From the human T2T-CHM13v2.0 reference genome, Homo sapiens, in the NCBI RefSeq assembly GCF_009914755.1, contig NC_060936.1: a stretch of 64,000 nucleotides of DNA. One strand, 5' to 3'. A model generated the notes under the pieces. The model was not told the origin of the DNA and did no database searches. It saw only the letters and a list, made by a program, of their open reading frames with translations. Positions 1-14,044 of this stretch are shown here, piece after piece. Position 1 is the first letter of the stretch; each line of letters starts with the position of its first letter. Position numbers and translations under genes: made by a program.

Positions 1-196
<196 letters not shown>

Positions 197-773
197 TTAA
201 ATTATCTGTTTGAATAAAATAACCTAGTTTTTTTAGGTTATTATAAAGTCAAACTTGTCACCATCAAGATGGGTTTAATGAGGGAGGAATATGTGAAAAA
301 GAAAAAAGATTTTTACAAAGAAAAGAATTACTTATACAGTTGATCCTTGAACAATGCAGGAGTTAGGGTGCTGACCCCCTTTGTGGTCAAAAATCTATGT
401 ATAACTTTTGACTCCCTGAAAACTTAACTACTAATAGCCTACTATTGACTAGAAGCCTTAGTGAAACATAAATAGTTAACACATATTGTATATGTTATAT
501 GTATTATATATTGTATTTTTACAATAAAGTAAGCTACGGAAAAGAAAATATCACTAAGGAAATCAGGAAGAGAAATATATACTTACTGTTCTTTAAATGG
601 AAGTGGATCATCATTAAAGACTTCATCCTCATTGTCTTCAGGTTGAGTAGGTTGAGGAGGAGGAAGCAGAGGGGTTGGCACAGGTGGAAGAGGTATAGAA
701 GAAGAAGGCATACTCATTGTAACTTTATGGAAATACATTGTAATTTCTGTCTGACTTTCTTACTTACTCATTT

Positions 774-1370
774 TGTTACCAGTGGAGGGTCTTGACTCTG
801 AGTTGTTTGACAAAGAATTGGATAAAACGTGCAAATCAATGAAAGGATGAAGCAACAAAAGCACAGATTTGTTGAAATGAAAGTACACTTCACAGAGTGG
901 GAGCAGGCTCAAGCAAGTGGCTCAAGAGTGCTGGTTAGAGAATTTTCTGGGGTTTAAATACCCTCTAGAGGTTTCCCATTGGTTACTTGGTTTACACCCT
1001 ATTTAAATGAGGTAGTGGTCTGCAGCCAGTCTGATTAGTTGCTGGGTGACCAATCAGAGGCTGAAGTGAAGTTACAGAGTTACACCCTATGCAAACATCT
1101 GATTGGTTGTGGAAGGTGAAGTGAAGTTACAAAGTTGTAACCCTGCGCAAAGACTAGGCTTGTGACCAGTCTGATTGGTTGCAGGAGGGGACCAGAAGTA
1201 CTTGCCATTTTTCATCTGTGACACAGAAGCAGAGGAGCTGCAAAGGGAGAGCCTCTGATCCTTTTGTTACTTGGGCGTGGAAAGTTGGGGTTTTCCTTTT
1301 GATTCAGTCTAGGAAGTCAGTGCGAATTGGCCTTAAGTTCCCTGCCTCCAGGCCCTATTCTCCTGGCTCA
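774..1370 (-). mobile_element. ERV1 solo LTR, MER51-like
   Basis: TG...CA ends; - strand begins TGAGCCAGGAGAATAGGGCCTGGAGGCAGGGAAC; repeated CCAAT boxes. Confidence 0.8.
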
Positions 1371-2378
1371 GTTTCTCTAAAAATATGTCTATACAGTACC
1401 AATCTTCTACCATTTGCTTTAGTTTTAGTGTGTGTATCATAGAAAGGTCCATGTTATAAAAGAAGTCAAAAGCAACCTTGAATGATCAGAACCCTTCTGC
1501 CAGATTGTCTAATGTCAATGTGTTTTCTGATACTGATGCTTCTCCATCTTCCTCATCGTCTGGCACTGTGGCTCAGAAGCATTCATCTCCATCAAGCTGT
1601 CTTCTGTTAATTCCTCTGGTGTGATGTCTGTTAGCTTTTGAATTTCTCCAAGATCCCTGTCTTGAAACCCTTCACTCCACCTGCCCCACCTTTTTTGCCA
1701 CATTCACAATCTCTTTCATGATTTCCTTGATTGGCTCTGTCGTAAATCTTATGAATTCATGCATGATATCTGGACACAGTTTTTTTCAGCACAAATTTAT
1801 TGTTTCAGGCTTGATGGCTTTCACAGCTTTTTCTATAACAATGATATTGTCTTCAATGGTGTAATCATTCTAGAATTTCATGATGTTCTATCAGTGTTCT
1901 CTTGCATAGCTTTGAAAATTTTTTCCATAGAGTATCATGTATAATGAGCCTTAAAGGTCTTCATGATCCCCTGACCCTAGAGGCTGAATTAGAAGCCTTC
2001 TGTTTGGGGGAAAGCAGACCACTTTGATACCTTCAATGTTGAACTCTTGGGTTTCTGGGTGACCTGGGCATTGTCTAATATCAAAAGAACTATAAAAGAC
2101 AGTTCCTTATTTGCAAGATACTTCTTGACCTTAGAGACAAAGCATTGATGGAACCAATCCAGACAAAGGGGTCTTGTCCAAGCCTTTTTGTTGTAAACCA
2201 GAAGACTGGCAACTCGTATTTATCTTTTCCCTTCCAGGCTCAGGGGTTAGCAGCCTTATAGATAAGGGCAGTCCTGATCATAAATCTAATTGCATTTGCA
2301 CAAAACAGTAGAGTTAACCTATCCCTTCCTGCCTTAAATCATGCTCACTTCTCTTACTAATTGATGTCTTTTGTGGCT

Positions 2379-2476
2379 CTTTTTTTTTTAACTTTTAGGT
2401 TCAAGGGTACTTGTGTGCAGGTTTGTTATATAGGTATTTTGTGTGTCATAGGGGTTTGGTGTGCAGATTATTTCGT
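2379..2476 (-). mobile_element. Short 5'-truncated older L1PA 3' end
   Basis: polyT followed by acttttaggttcaagggtac..gtgcaggtttgttatatagg; flanked by tttgtggc direct repeats. Confidence 0.75.
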
Positions 2477-3161
2477 TTGTGGCATTTTTTTTTTCCAGAT
2501 GAGGGTACTTCTGTTTGTATTTAAAACCTGTTTGAGAAGATATCCTTTCTTCTCCATGATTTTTTTATTGGCACCTGGGAACTTGGCTGGTGCCTCTTGG
2601 TCAGCAGAAGCTGTTTCTTCTATTATCTTGACTTTTTTTTTTTTTTTAAGTCAAACCTCTAAAATTATCAAAGCATCTTATGCTGGCATTGAATTATCCA
2701 GCTTTAGACCCTTCACTTTCCCTTTGCTCTATGTTGTCATTTAATAACTTCCCTGTTTTTCAAATCATATGAGAGTCTGTAGCCTTTTTGATAGCAATCC
2801 TGTACCCACATAAAAGCTGCATTTTCAATAGGAAATAAAAATGTATTTCACAAAAAGATTTTTGTGCCCGCTAGCGTAGCTGCAGCAATGGCTTCACAAA
2901 TTTCCTTTTCTTTTTAACAATGGTCCTGATGCTGGATTCATTTATCTTGAAATGGTGGGCAACTACAGATGCAGACCTCAGTCTATGGTACACATCAAGC
3001 AATTCATATTTTTCTTGTAATGTCATGACTTTTCTCTGCTTCTTGGAAGAAATTCCAACATCACTAGTAGCACTTTATATGGTTCCTACCTATGGTGTTA
3101 TTCAAGGTTTACAATATTGCACTAAAGACGAAGAACATGCGATAACCATAAGAGATCACTT

Positions 3162-6100
3162 GCAGGTTTGTTACGTAGGTATACACGTTCCATGACGGTT
3201 TGCTGCCGCCATCAACTTGTCGTCTACATTAGGTATTCCTCCTAATACTATCCCTCCCCTAGGCCCCCACCCCCCAACAGGCCCCAGTGTGTGATGTTCC
3301 CCTCCCTGTGTCCATGTGTTCTCATTGTTCAACTCCCACTTAGGAGTGAGAACATGTGATGTTTGGTTTTCTGTTCCTGTGTTAGTTTGCTGAGAATGAT
3401 GGTTTCCTGCTTCATCCCTGTCCCTGCAAAGGACATGAACTCATCCTTTTTTATGGCTACATAGTATTCCATGGTGTACATATGCCACATTTTCTTTATC
3501 TAGTCTATCACTGATGGGCATTTGGGTTGGTTCCAAGTCTTTGCTATTGTGAGCAGTGCTGCAGTAAACATACATGTGTCTTTATAGTAGAATGATTTAT
3601 AATCCTTTGGATATATACCCAGTAATGGGATTGCTGGGTTAAATGGTATTTCTAGTTCTAGATCCTTGAGGAATTGCCACACTGTCTTCCACAATGGTTG
3701 AACTAATTTACAATCCCACCAACAGTGAAAAGTGTTCCTGTTTCTCCACATCCCCTCCAGCATCTGTTGTTTCCTGACTTTTTAATGATCGCCATTCTAA
3801 CTGGTAACTCATTGTGGTTTTGATTTGCATTTCTCTAATAACCAGTGATGATGAGCTTTTTTCATGTTTGTTGGCCGCATAAATGTCTTCTTTTGAGAAG
3901 TGTCTGTTCGTATCCTTCGCCCACTTTTTGATGGGGTTGTTTTTTTCTCGTAAATTTGTTTAAGTTCTTTGTAGATTATGGATATTAGCTCTTTGTCAGA
4001 TGGATACATTGCAAAAACTTTCTCCCATTCTATAGGTTGCTGGTTCACTCTGATGATAGTTTATTTTGCTGTGCAGAAGCTCTTTAGTTTAATTAGATCC
4101 CATTTGTCTATTTTAGCTTTTGTTGACATTGCTTTTGGTGTTTAGTCATGAAGTCTCTGCCAATGTCTGTGTCCTAAATGGTATTGCCTAGGTTTTCTTC
4201 TAGGGTTTTTATGGTTTTAGATCTTACATTTAAGTCTTTAATCCATCGTGAGTTAATTTTTGTATAAGGTGTAAGAAAGGGGTCCAGTTTCAGTTTTCTG
4301 CATATGGCTAGCCAGTTTACCCAACACCATTTATTAAATAGGGAATCTTTTCTCCATTGCTTGTTTTTGTCAAGTTTTTCAAAGATCAGATGGTTGTAGA
4401 TGTGTGGTATTATTTCTGAGGCCTCTGTTCTGTTCTGTTGGCCTGTATATCTCTTTTGGTGCCAGTACTGTGCTGTTTTGGTTACTATAGCCTTGTAGTA
4501 TAGTTTGAAGTCAGGTAGCGTGATTCCTCCAGCTTTGTTCTTTTTGCTTAGGATTGTCTTGGCTATATGGGCTCTTTTTGGGTTTCATATGAAATTTAAA
4601 GTAGTTTTTTCTAATTCTGTGAAGAAAGTCAATGGTAGCTTGATGGGGATAGCATTGAATCTATAAATTACTTTAGGCAGTATGGCCATTTTCACGATAT
4701 TGATTCTTCCTATCCATGAGCATGGAATGTTTTTCCATTTGTTTGTGTCCTCTCTGATTTCTTTGAGCAAGTTCTCCTTGAAGAGGTCCTTCACATCCCT
4801 AGTAAGTTGGATTCCTAGGTATTTTATTATCTTTGTAGCAATTGTGAATGGTAGTTCACTCATGATTTGGCTCTCTGTTATTGGTATATAGGAATGCTTG
4901 TGATTTTTTGCACATTGATTTTGTATCCTGAGACTTTTGCTGAAATTGCTTATCAGCTTAAGGAGTTTTTGGGCTAAGATGATGGGGTTTTCTAAATATC
5001 ATGTCATCTGCAAACAGGGACAATTTGACTTCCTCTCTTCCTATTTTTATACCCTTTATTTCTTTCTCTTGCCTGCTTGCCCTGACCAGAACTTCCAATA
5101 CTATGTTGAATAGGAGTGGTGAGAGAGGGCATCCTTGTTTTGTGCTGGTTTTCAAAGGGAATGCTTCCAGCTTTTGCCCGTTCAGTATGATATTGGCTGT
5201 GGGTTTGTCATAAAAAGCTCCTATTGTTTTGAAATATGTTCCATCAGTACCTAGTTTATTGAGAGTTTTTAGCATGAAGGGGTGTTGAATTTTATCAAAG
5301 GCCTTTTCTGCATCTATTGAAATAATCATGTGCTTTTTGTCATTGGTTCTGTTTATGTGATGGATTATGTTTATTGATTTGTGTATGTTGAACCAGCCTT
5401 GCATCCCAGGGATGAAGCTGACTTGATTGTGGTGGATAAGCTTTTTGATGTGCTGCTGGATTCAGTTTGCTGGTATTTTATTGAGGATTTTTGCATTGAT
5501 GTTCATCAGGGATATTGGCTTGAAATTTTCTTTTTTTGTTGTGTCTTTGCCAGGTTTTGGTATCACGATGATGCTGGTGTCATAAAATGAATTAGGGAGG
5601 AGTCCCTCTTTTTCTATTGTTGGGAATAGTTTCAGAAGGAATGGTACCAGCTCCTTTTTGTATCTCTGATAGAATTCTGCTGTGAATCCTTCAGGTCCTG
5701 GGCTTTTTTTGGTTAGTAGTCTATTAGTTACTGCCTCAATTTCAGAACTTGTTATTGGTCTATTCAGGGATTCAACGTTTTCCTGGTTTAATCTTGGGAG
5801 AGTGTATGTGTCCAGGAATTTATCCATTTCTTCTAGATTTTCTAGAGGTGTTTATAGTTATTTGTATAGAGTTGTTTATAGTATTCTCTGATGGTGGTTT
5901 GTATTTCTGTGGGATCAGTGATGATATCCCCTTTATCATTTTTTATTGTGTCTGTTTGATTCTTCTCTCTTTTCTTCTTTATTAATTGGGCTTGTGGTCT
6001 ATCTATTTTGTTAATCTTCTCAAAAAACCAGCTCCTGGATTCGTGGATTTTTTGAAGGGTTTTTTGTGTCTCTATCTCCTTCAGTTCTGCTCTGATCTTA

Positions 6101-9100
6101 GTTATTTCTTGTCTTCTGCTAGCTTTTGAATTTGCTTGCTCTCGCTTCTCTGGTTCTTTTAATTGTGATATTAGAGTATCGATTTTAGATCTTTCCCGCT
6201 TTCTCCTGTGGGCATTTAGTGCTATAAATTTCCCTCTAAACACTGCTTTAGCTGTGTCCCAGAGATTCTGGTATGTTGTGTCTTTGTTCTCATTGGTTTC
6301 AAATAATTTATTTATTTCTGCCTAAACTTCGTTATTTACCCAGTAGTCATTCAGGAGCAGGTTGTTCAGTTTCCACATAGTTGTGCATTTTTTAGTGAAT
6401 TTCTTAATCCTGAGTTTTAATTTGATTGCACTGTGGTCTGAGAGACCATTTGTTATGATTTCCGTTCTTTTGCATTTAGCTGAGGAGTGTTTTACTTCAA
6501 TTATGTGGTCAATTTTAGAAAAAGTGTGATGTGGTGCTGAGAAGAATGTATATTCTGTTGATTTGGAGTGGAGAGTTCTGTAGATGTCTATTAAGCACAC
6601 TTGGTCCAGAGCTGAGTTCAAGTCCTGAATAGCCTTGTTAATTTTCTGTCTTGTTGATCTATCTAATACTGACAGTGGGGTGTTAAAGTCTCCCACTATT
6701 ATTGTGTGGGAGTCTAAGTCTCTTTGTAGGTCTCTAAGAACTTGCTTTGTGAATCTGTGTGCTCCTGTATTGGGTGCATATATATTTAGGATAGTTAGCT
6801 CTTCTTGTTGGGTTGATCCCTTTACCATTATGTAATGCCCTTCTTTGTCTTTTTTGATCTTTGTTGGTTTAAAGTCTGTTTTATCGGAGACCAGGATTGC
6901 AACCCCTGCTTTTTTTTTGCTTTCCATTTGCTTGGTAAATATTCCTCCATCCCTTTATTTTGAGCCTATGTGTGTCTTTGCACATGAGATGGGTCTCCTG
7001 AATACAGCACACTGATGGGTCTTGACTCTTTATCCAGTTTGACTGATGGATCTTGACTCTTTATCCTGTGTCTTTTAATTGGGGCATTTAGTCCATTTAC
7101 ATTTAAGGTTAATATTGTTATGTGCGAATTTGATCCTGTCATTATGATGGTTATTTTTCCCATTAATTGATGCAGTTTCTTCATAGTGTTGATGGTCCTT
7201 ACAATTTGGTATGTTTTTGCAGTGGCTAGTGCCAGTTTTTCCTTTCCATATTTAGTGCTGCCTTCAGGAGCTCTTGTAAGGCAGGCCTGGTGGTGACAAA
7301 ATCTCTCAGCATTTGCTTGTCTGTAAAGGATTTTATTTCTCGTTCGCTTATGAAGCTTAGTTTGGCTGGATATGAAATTCTGGGTTGAAAATTCTTCTTT
7401 TTAAGAATGTTGAATATTGGCCCCCACTCTCTTCTGGCTTGTAGGGTTTCTTCAGAGAGATCCACTGTTAGTCTGATGGGCTTCCCTTTTTGGGTAATTC
7501 AACCTTTCTCTCTGGCTGCCCTTAACATTTTTTCCTTCATTTCAACCTTGGTGAATCTGATGATTATGTGTCTTGGGGTTGCTCTTCTCGAGGAATATCT
7601 TCATGGTGTTCTCTGTATTTCCTGAATTTGAATGTTGGCCTGTCTTGCTAGGTTGGGGAAGTTCTCGTGGATAATATCCTGAAGAGTGTTTTCCAACTTG
7701 GTTCCATTCTCCCTGTCACTTTCAGGTACACCAATCAAACGTAGGCTAGGTCTTTTCACATAGTCTCATATTTCTTGGACGCTTTGTTCCTTTTCATTCT
7801 TTTTTCTCTAATCTGTCTTCACGCTTTATTTCATTAAGTTGATCTTCAATCTCTGATATCCTTTCTCCCACTTGATCGATTAGGCCATTGATACTTGTGT
7901 ATGCTTCACGAAGTTCTTGGGCTGTGTTTTTCAGCTCCATCAGGTCATTTATGTTCTTCTCTCAACTGGTTATTCTAGTTAGCAATTTCTCTAATCTTTT
8001 TTCAAGGTTCTTAGCTTCCTTGCATTGGGTTAGAACATGCTCCTTTAGCTCGGAGGAATTTGTTATTATCTGCCTTCTGAAGCCTACTTCTGTCAATTCG
8101 TCAAACTTATTCTCTGTCCAGTTTTGTTTCCTTGCTGGTGAGGAGTTGTGATCCTTTGGAGGAGAAGAGGTGTTCTGGTTTTTGGAATTTTCAGCCTTTT
8201 TGCGCTGGGTTTTCCTCATCTTCCTGGATTTACCTACCTTTGCTCTTTTATGTTGGTAACCTTTGGGTGGGGTTTCTGTGTGGACGTCCTTTTTGTTGAT
8301 GTAGATGCTATTCCTTTCTGTTAGTTTTCCTTCTCTAACAGGCCCCTCTGCTGCAGGTCTGCTGGAGTTTGCTGGAGGTCCACTCCAGACCCTGTTTACC
8401 TGGGTATCACCAGCAGAGGCTGCAGAACAGCAAAAATTGCTGCCTGTTCCTTCCTCTGGAAGCTTCCTCCCAGAGGGTCACCCGCTAGATGCCAGCTGGA
8501 GATCTCCTGTGTGAGGTTTCTGTCAACCTCTGCTGGGAGGTGTCTCCCAGTCAGTAGGCATAGGGGTCAAGGACCCACTTGAGGAGGCAGTCTGTCCCTT
8601 AGCAGAGCTTGAGCACTGTGCTGGGAGATCTGCTCTCTTCAGAGCTGGCAGGCAGGAATGTTTAAGTCTGCTGAAGCTGCGCCCACAGCCACCCGATCCC
8701 CCAGGTGTTCTGTCCCAGGGAGATAGGACTTTTATCTATAATCCCCTTGACTGGGACTGCTGCCTTTCTTTCAGAGATGCCCTGCCAGAGAGGAATCTAG
8801 AGAGGCAGTCTAGGCACAGCTGCTTTGCCGCACTGTGGTGGGCTCTGCCCAATTTGAATTTCCCTGTGGCTTTATTTACACTGTGAGGAGAAAACTGCCT
8901 ACTCAAGCCTCAGTCGTGGTGGACACCCCTTTTCCCACCAAGCTCAAGTGTCCCACGTTGACTTCAGACTGCTGTGCTGGCAGTGAGAATTTCAAGCCAG
9001 TGGATCTTAGCTTGCTGGGCTCTGTGGGGGTGGGATTTGCTAAGCTTGACCACTTGGCTTTCTATCTTCAGCCCCCTTTCCAGGGGAGTGAACGGTTCTG

Positions 9101-9591
9101 TCTCGCTGGTGTTCCAGGCACCACTGGGGTATGAAGAAAAACTCCTGCAGCTAGCTCGGTGTTTGCCCAAACGGCCACCCAGCTTTGAGCTTGAAACCCA
9201 GGGCCCTGGTGGTGTAGGCACCCGAGGGAATCTCCTGGTCTGCGGGTTGTGAAGACCGTGGGAAAAGCATAGTATCTGGGCCGGAGTGCACCGTTCCTCA
9301 CGGCACAGTATCTCATGGCTTCCCTTGGCTAGGGGAGGGAGTTCCCTGGCTTCCCTTGGCTTCCCTGGGCTAGGGGAGGGAGTTCCCTAACGCTTTGTGC
9401 TTCCCAGGTGAGGCAACACCCCACCCTTCTTCTGCTCCCCATCCATGGGCTGTACCCACTGTCTAACCAGTCCCAATGAGGTGAGCTGGGTACCTCAGTT
9501 GGAAATGCAGAAATCGCTTGCCTTCTGCGTTGATCTCGCTGGGAGCTGCAGACCGGAGTTGTTCCTATTTGGCCATCTTGCCAGCCAGCCG
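3162..9591 (-). mobile_element. Near full-length L1PA (L1PA7-like), ORF1 and ORF2 disrupted
   Basis: 5' UTR GGCTGGCAAGATGGCC (YY1 site 9571-9580); ORF1 fragments 7226-8219; EN 6322-6927; RT 4958-5404 (LFADDMI); TSD agagatcactt at 3151-3161 and 9592-9602. Confidence 0.93.
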
Positions 9592-11056
9592 AGAGATCAC
9601 TTTTTACTGTGATAGGCAATTTACTGCAGAGAGGAACTGTTCACACAGAGATGATTAGTGTCACATGGTATCGTGAGTAGATACTTGCAACACGAGCTCA
9701 TCGCAATAGCAACAGGAGGTGACCACAAAGTTATTACAGTACTAGAGTTAATTTTATGCAGTTATGATTTAATACTGTGTCTTTGCATTTGTTTGTATTT
9801 CTTTCAACTGCAAATGGTACTAGGTACCGTCTATAAGTGTTTGTGTGGGTAAGTGCTGATAAATTCTAACTTTTTATAATAGATTTATATATTTTTTATG
9901 GTAGAAATGATGAGATAGACTGGTATCTACATATATTTAATGCATTTTTGACGTACCTAACTTTTTAATTTTTTTTAAGCCATGCAGTTCATCTGTGAAT
10001 TTTTTCAAATTGTCACAAATCTCCAAAAATGTTAAAAATATATTTATTGAAAATAATCCATGTATAAGTGGACCCACACAGTTCAAATCTGTGTTGTTCA
10101 AGTGTCACCTGTATTTAGCTATTCTCAAACATACCTATTTTTATTTTAAGAATTCCTTTCTAGTTTGAGTTGGAAAACTGATGCTTGTAGTGTAATCACT
10201 GTTGGTGACAGTGCAGTCATACAATGCATGCAGAATTTACTGGTTGGAAAGATCAGTTTTTAGTTGATTTTTTTTTTTTGTAAAGCAAAACTTCTTATCT
10301 CAGCTATTAAAACTGTTCCACACAGTTGCCCACAGCCTGAAACCTATCAAATGTAGAAAATAGGGACATCACAGCAAAATTTGGAGGGCATAGTACAAAG
10401 AAAGGCGACAGCTGGTTTTCCCTTCCAAAGGTCAAAATGACCTCAGGCTGGAGTTGCCTTTCTGCCCTATTCTTGGTTTTATTAAGTTTATTTGGGATCT
10501 CATCTGCCATGAGCCTGACTTTTGCTCAGGAAAGAGGCCTGAGAATTTAAGGACTATCTGTGAGTGGGCAGAGCTGATGGAACTTTGTCTGCTAATGTTT
10601 TCGGGTTTTCTTTGAATTCTGTTCTTTCCAATTCTTCACATTGGCCTGAGTCTTCTTGTGATTGCTGTGAAGATAATTATCCAGGTCCTTTCTGATCTTT
10701 CTTATTGGAAATTGGAACCAGCTCTCCTTGACTGTGACTCACTCGCTAAATGTGTAAAGAAATGAGCAGATCTGAAACAAGATTTTTTCAGCTGGAAAGA
10801 GTACACCAGAACTGTACACAGCCGTGATGAGTTATTGGCATAGGTACTTATTTAAAGATTTTCTTCCACTGGATGCTATGCTACCTTGTGTGAACAGTTG
10901 CATTTGTCTGTTTCACTACTTAGCATAGTGTGTGGTGCACAGTAGGCATGGAATAATGATAATAAATGGATTAAATGGATGCATGAAGGTATACAGGAGA
11001 CTTTAAGCTATCATAGACGGTTCCAGGCAGGAGAATATGAAGATGTAATTTCAAGT

Positions 11057-11396
11057 ACAGTTGTTATTGTCAGTTTTGCTTTCCATGGTTTCAGCTACCC
11101 ATAGTCAATCACAATATAAAAATATTAAATGGAACATTCCAGAAATAATACATAAGTTTTAAGTTGCTGAATAATGTGATGAAATCTTAGGCTGTCCCAC
11201 TTCGTCTCGCCTGGGATGTGAATTGTCCTTTTGTCCTGCTTATGCACGCTGTATATGTTACCCACCGTTTAGTCACTTAGCAGCCATCTGGATTCTCAGA
11301 TTGAAAACAGTGTGTATAGGGTTCTGTTCTATCAAATGTTTCAGGCATCCTCTGGGGGGTCTTGGAATGTATCCCCCATGGATAAGACTACTTGTA
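11057..11396. mobile_element. MER44-type (Tigger family) non-autonomous DNA transposon
   Basis: ttccagaaataa..cataagttttaa and tttcaggcatcc..gggggtcttggaa.gtatcccc motifs. Confidence 0.65.
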
Positions 11397-12048
11397 TAAT
11401 CTGGTAAAATGGATGAATTATTCATAAATAATGTCAGAACCAGCTATTTCAAACAAGATTAGATTCTCTAGCCTCATATCATATGCAAAGATAAATTATA
11501 TATGGATTAAGGATTTAAATGTAAAAAAAGAAATTATAAGAGTTCCATACCGAAATGCAGGTTTATATTTAGTAAAATAGTCAAGAAAGGTTTTTTTTTT
11601 TTTTTTAAAAAAGCATAACATCAAAGCCTAAAATTACAAAGGAAAAGAGTGGAAAATTCATCCCCATAAATATTAAAAACTAGTGTGTTGCAAATAAATT
11701 CAAAAGATAAGGGAAATACTGGGGAAAATATCTGAAACATGACAGAGTGTCATTAATATATCATGGGCTTTTACATTTTAGAAAAAAATGACGGATATCT
11801 CAGTAGTGAAAAGACTATAGGAAATGAAGAAGTAATTCACAGAAAAAGGGTCAACTCCATTTATCAGAGAAATGCAAATGAAATCAGGATTGCATTCTTC
11901 ACCTGTCAAATTGGCAGATGCAACAGTAGCTGGTACTTACTGAGCCCTTTCTGTGTTAGCTACTAGTCTAAGAGTTACCACCACTCATACATATGTAAAG
12001 GCTAATGGAGTTGTAAATGTAACTTTTGAGGACTTTATTGTATGTATG

Positions 12049-12408
12049 CGTATTAGTCTGTTCTCACACTGCTAATAAAGACATACCCGAGACTGGGTAA
12101 TTTATAAAGGAAAGGAGGTTTAATGGACTCACAGTTCCACATGGCTGAGGAGACCTCACAATCATGGTAGAGGGTAAAGGGGTAGAAAGTCATGTCTTAC
12201 ATGGCAGCAGGCAAGAGAGCTTGTGTAGGGGAGCTCCCCTTTATAAAACCATCAGACCTGGTGAGACTTATTCACATGAGAACAGCATAGGAAAGACCCG
12301 CCCCGATGATTCAGTTACCTCCCACCAGGTCCCTCCTACAACACGTGAGAATTATGGGAGCTACAATTCAAGATGAGATTTGGGTGGGGACACAGCCAAA
12401 ACATATCA
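12049..12408 (-). mobile_element. THE1 (MaLR) solo LTR
   Basis: gtattagtctgttctcacactgctaataaagacatacccgagactggg; perfect 5-bp TSD GTATG. Confidence 0.9.
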
Positions 12409-12821
12409 GTATGTTATGGCCTTATATAAAAGTTGTTTTGTTTGTAAGCAGTTTGCCCTACAGTGTGTGGAAAGTGCATCACTGTTGTGCTTTGGTTGTC
12501 CAACTCTTTGCTTACCCTGATGCTTAGGTGTGAGTTGATGGCAGTTTGGCATTTGGAGAGCAGTTGCACTCCTAAAATGAGTGAAATGTTCTCTTCAAAC
12601 TTGTGGCGTACCGTCTTTCTATGGCTCTGTGACAGTTACAGATCCGAAAATTAGGTGTAATGGCTTTTGAAGCAAAAATCTCATTCTGAATAAATCTCCC
12701 ATCTGTTCCAATAACATTTTAATTGCGCATCAAATATGGTACTTATTTTTAAAAACTGCCTAGCAGGATAGTTTGTGTTACTCTGCCTGTATCCATGACC
12801 GTGATAAGAAATGTAAGAAAA

Positions 12822-13194
<373 letters not shown>

Positions 13195-13497
13195 TCAGTT
13201 GGAATATATAATAAATGTTCATTAAACTGACTATTGTTTCCTTCTCTTTATGTCAACAAAATAATTCAGCTTAAACATCAGTTCACAATCCTGGGTCAAA
13301 ATCCTGAAGCAAAAATACAGGATATGTATGATCTGTAGACTTTTCCCAAAAGTTTTAATGTTGGAATCTTTGTGTTTGACTCCCCACCATCTGTTCATGG
13401 AAAACTCTTGCCAGTTACTGGTTTAGGAATGGGCACGTGATGTGAGCCTAACCAGCGAGGCATGTGGAAAGTCTGTAGACTTTTGGGAAGGAAAGTG

Positions 13498-13994
13498 CAG
13501 TCATGCACTGCGTAATGATGTTTTGGTCAACGATGGACCACATATACAACAGTGGTCCCATAAGATTATAATGCTATATTTTTACCGTACCTTTTCTATA
13601 TTTAGATATTTTTAGATATACAAATATTTGCTGTTGTGTTACAGTTGCCTACAGTATTCAGTAGAGTAACATGCTGTACAGGTTTGTAGCCTGGGAGCAA
13701 TAGGCTGTATCATACAGCCTAGGCATGTCATAGGCTATACCATCTAAGTTTGTGTAAGTAAACTATGATAGTCACATGACACAATCACCTCATGATGCAT
13801 TGCTCAGAAGAAATCATGCGACACATGACTGTGTTTCTCATTCCTAGAAAGGAGGCACATGACGAGATGATTATATCATACAGCCTAGGTGTGTTGTAGG
13901 CTATACCATCTAGGTTTGTGTAAGTACACTGTGATGTTCACACAACAAAATCGCCTAATGCTGCGTTGCTCAAAAGGAATCTGGCACATGACTG
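13498..13994 (+). mobile_element. Tigger3/MER7-type element with duplicated right end
   Basis: TIR cagtcatgc; catgactg occurs twice (ending at 13831 and 13994). Confidence 0.75.
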
Positions 13995-14044
13995 TATTTC
14001 TCATTCCTAGAAAGGAGGCACATGACAAAATGATTCCTTTCTTT

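Larger units (their letters stand above)
337..10111 (-). mobile_element. Tigger2 DNA transposon, complete but interrupted by three insertions
   Basis: TIRs cagttgatccttgaacaa (337) and ttgttcaagtgtcacctg (10111), each flanked by TA; ~2.6 kb remains after removing the inserts. Confidence 0.85.

Noticed and set aside
3500-8219. RT, endonuclease and ORF1-like ORFs as an active or novel retro-system
   Set aside because: Frameshifted fragments of an ordinary L1PA element.
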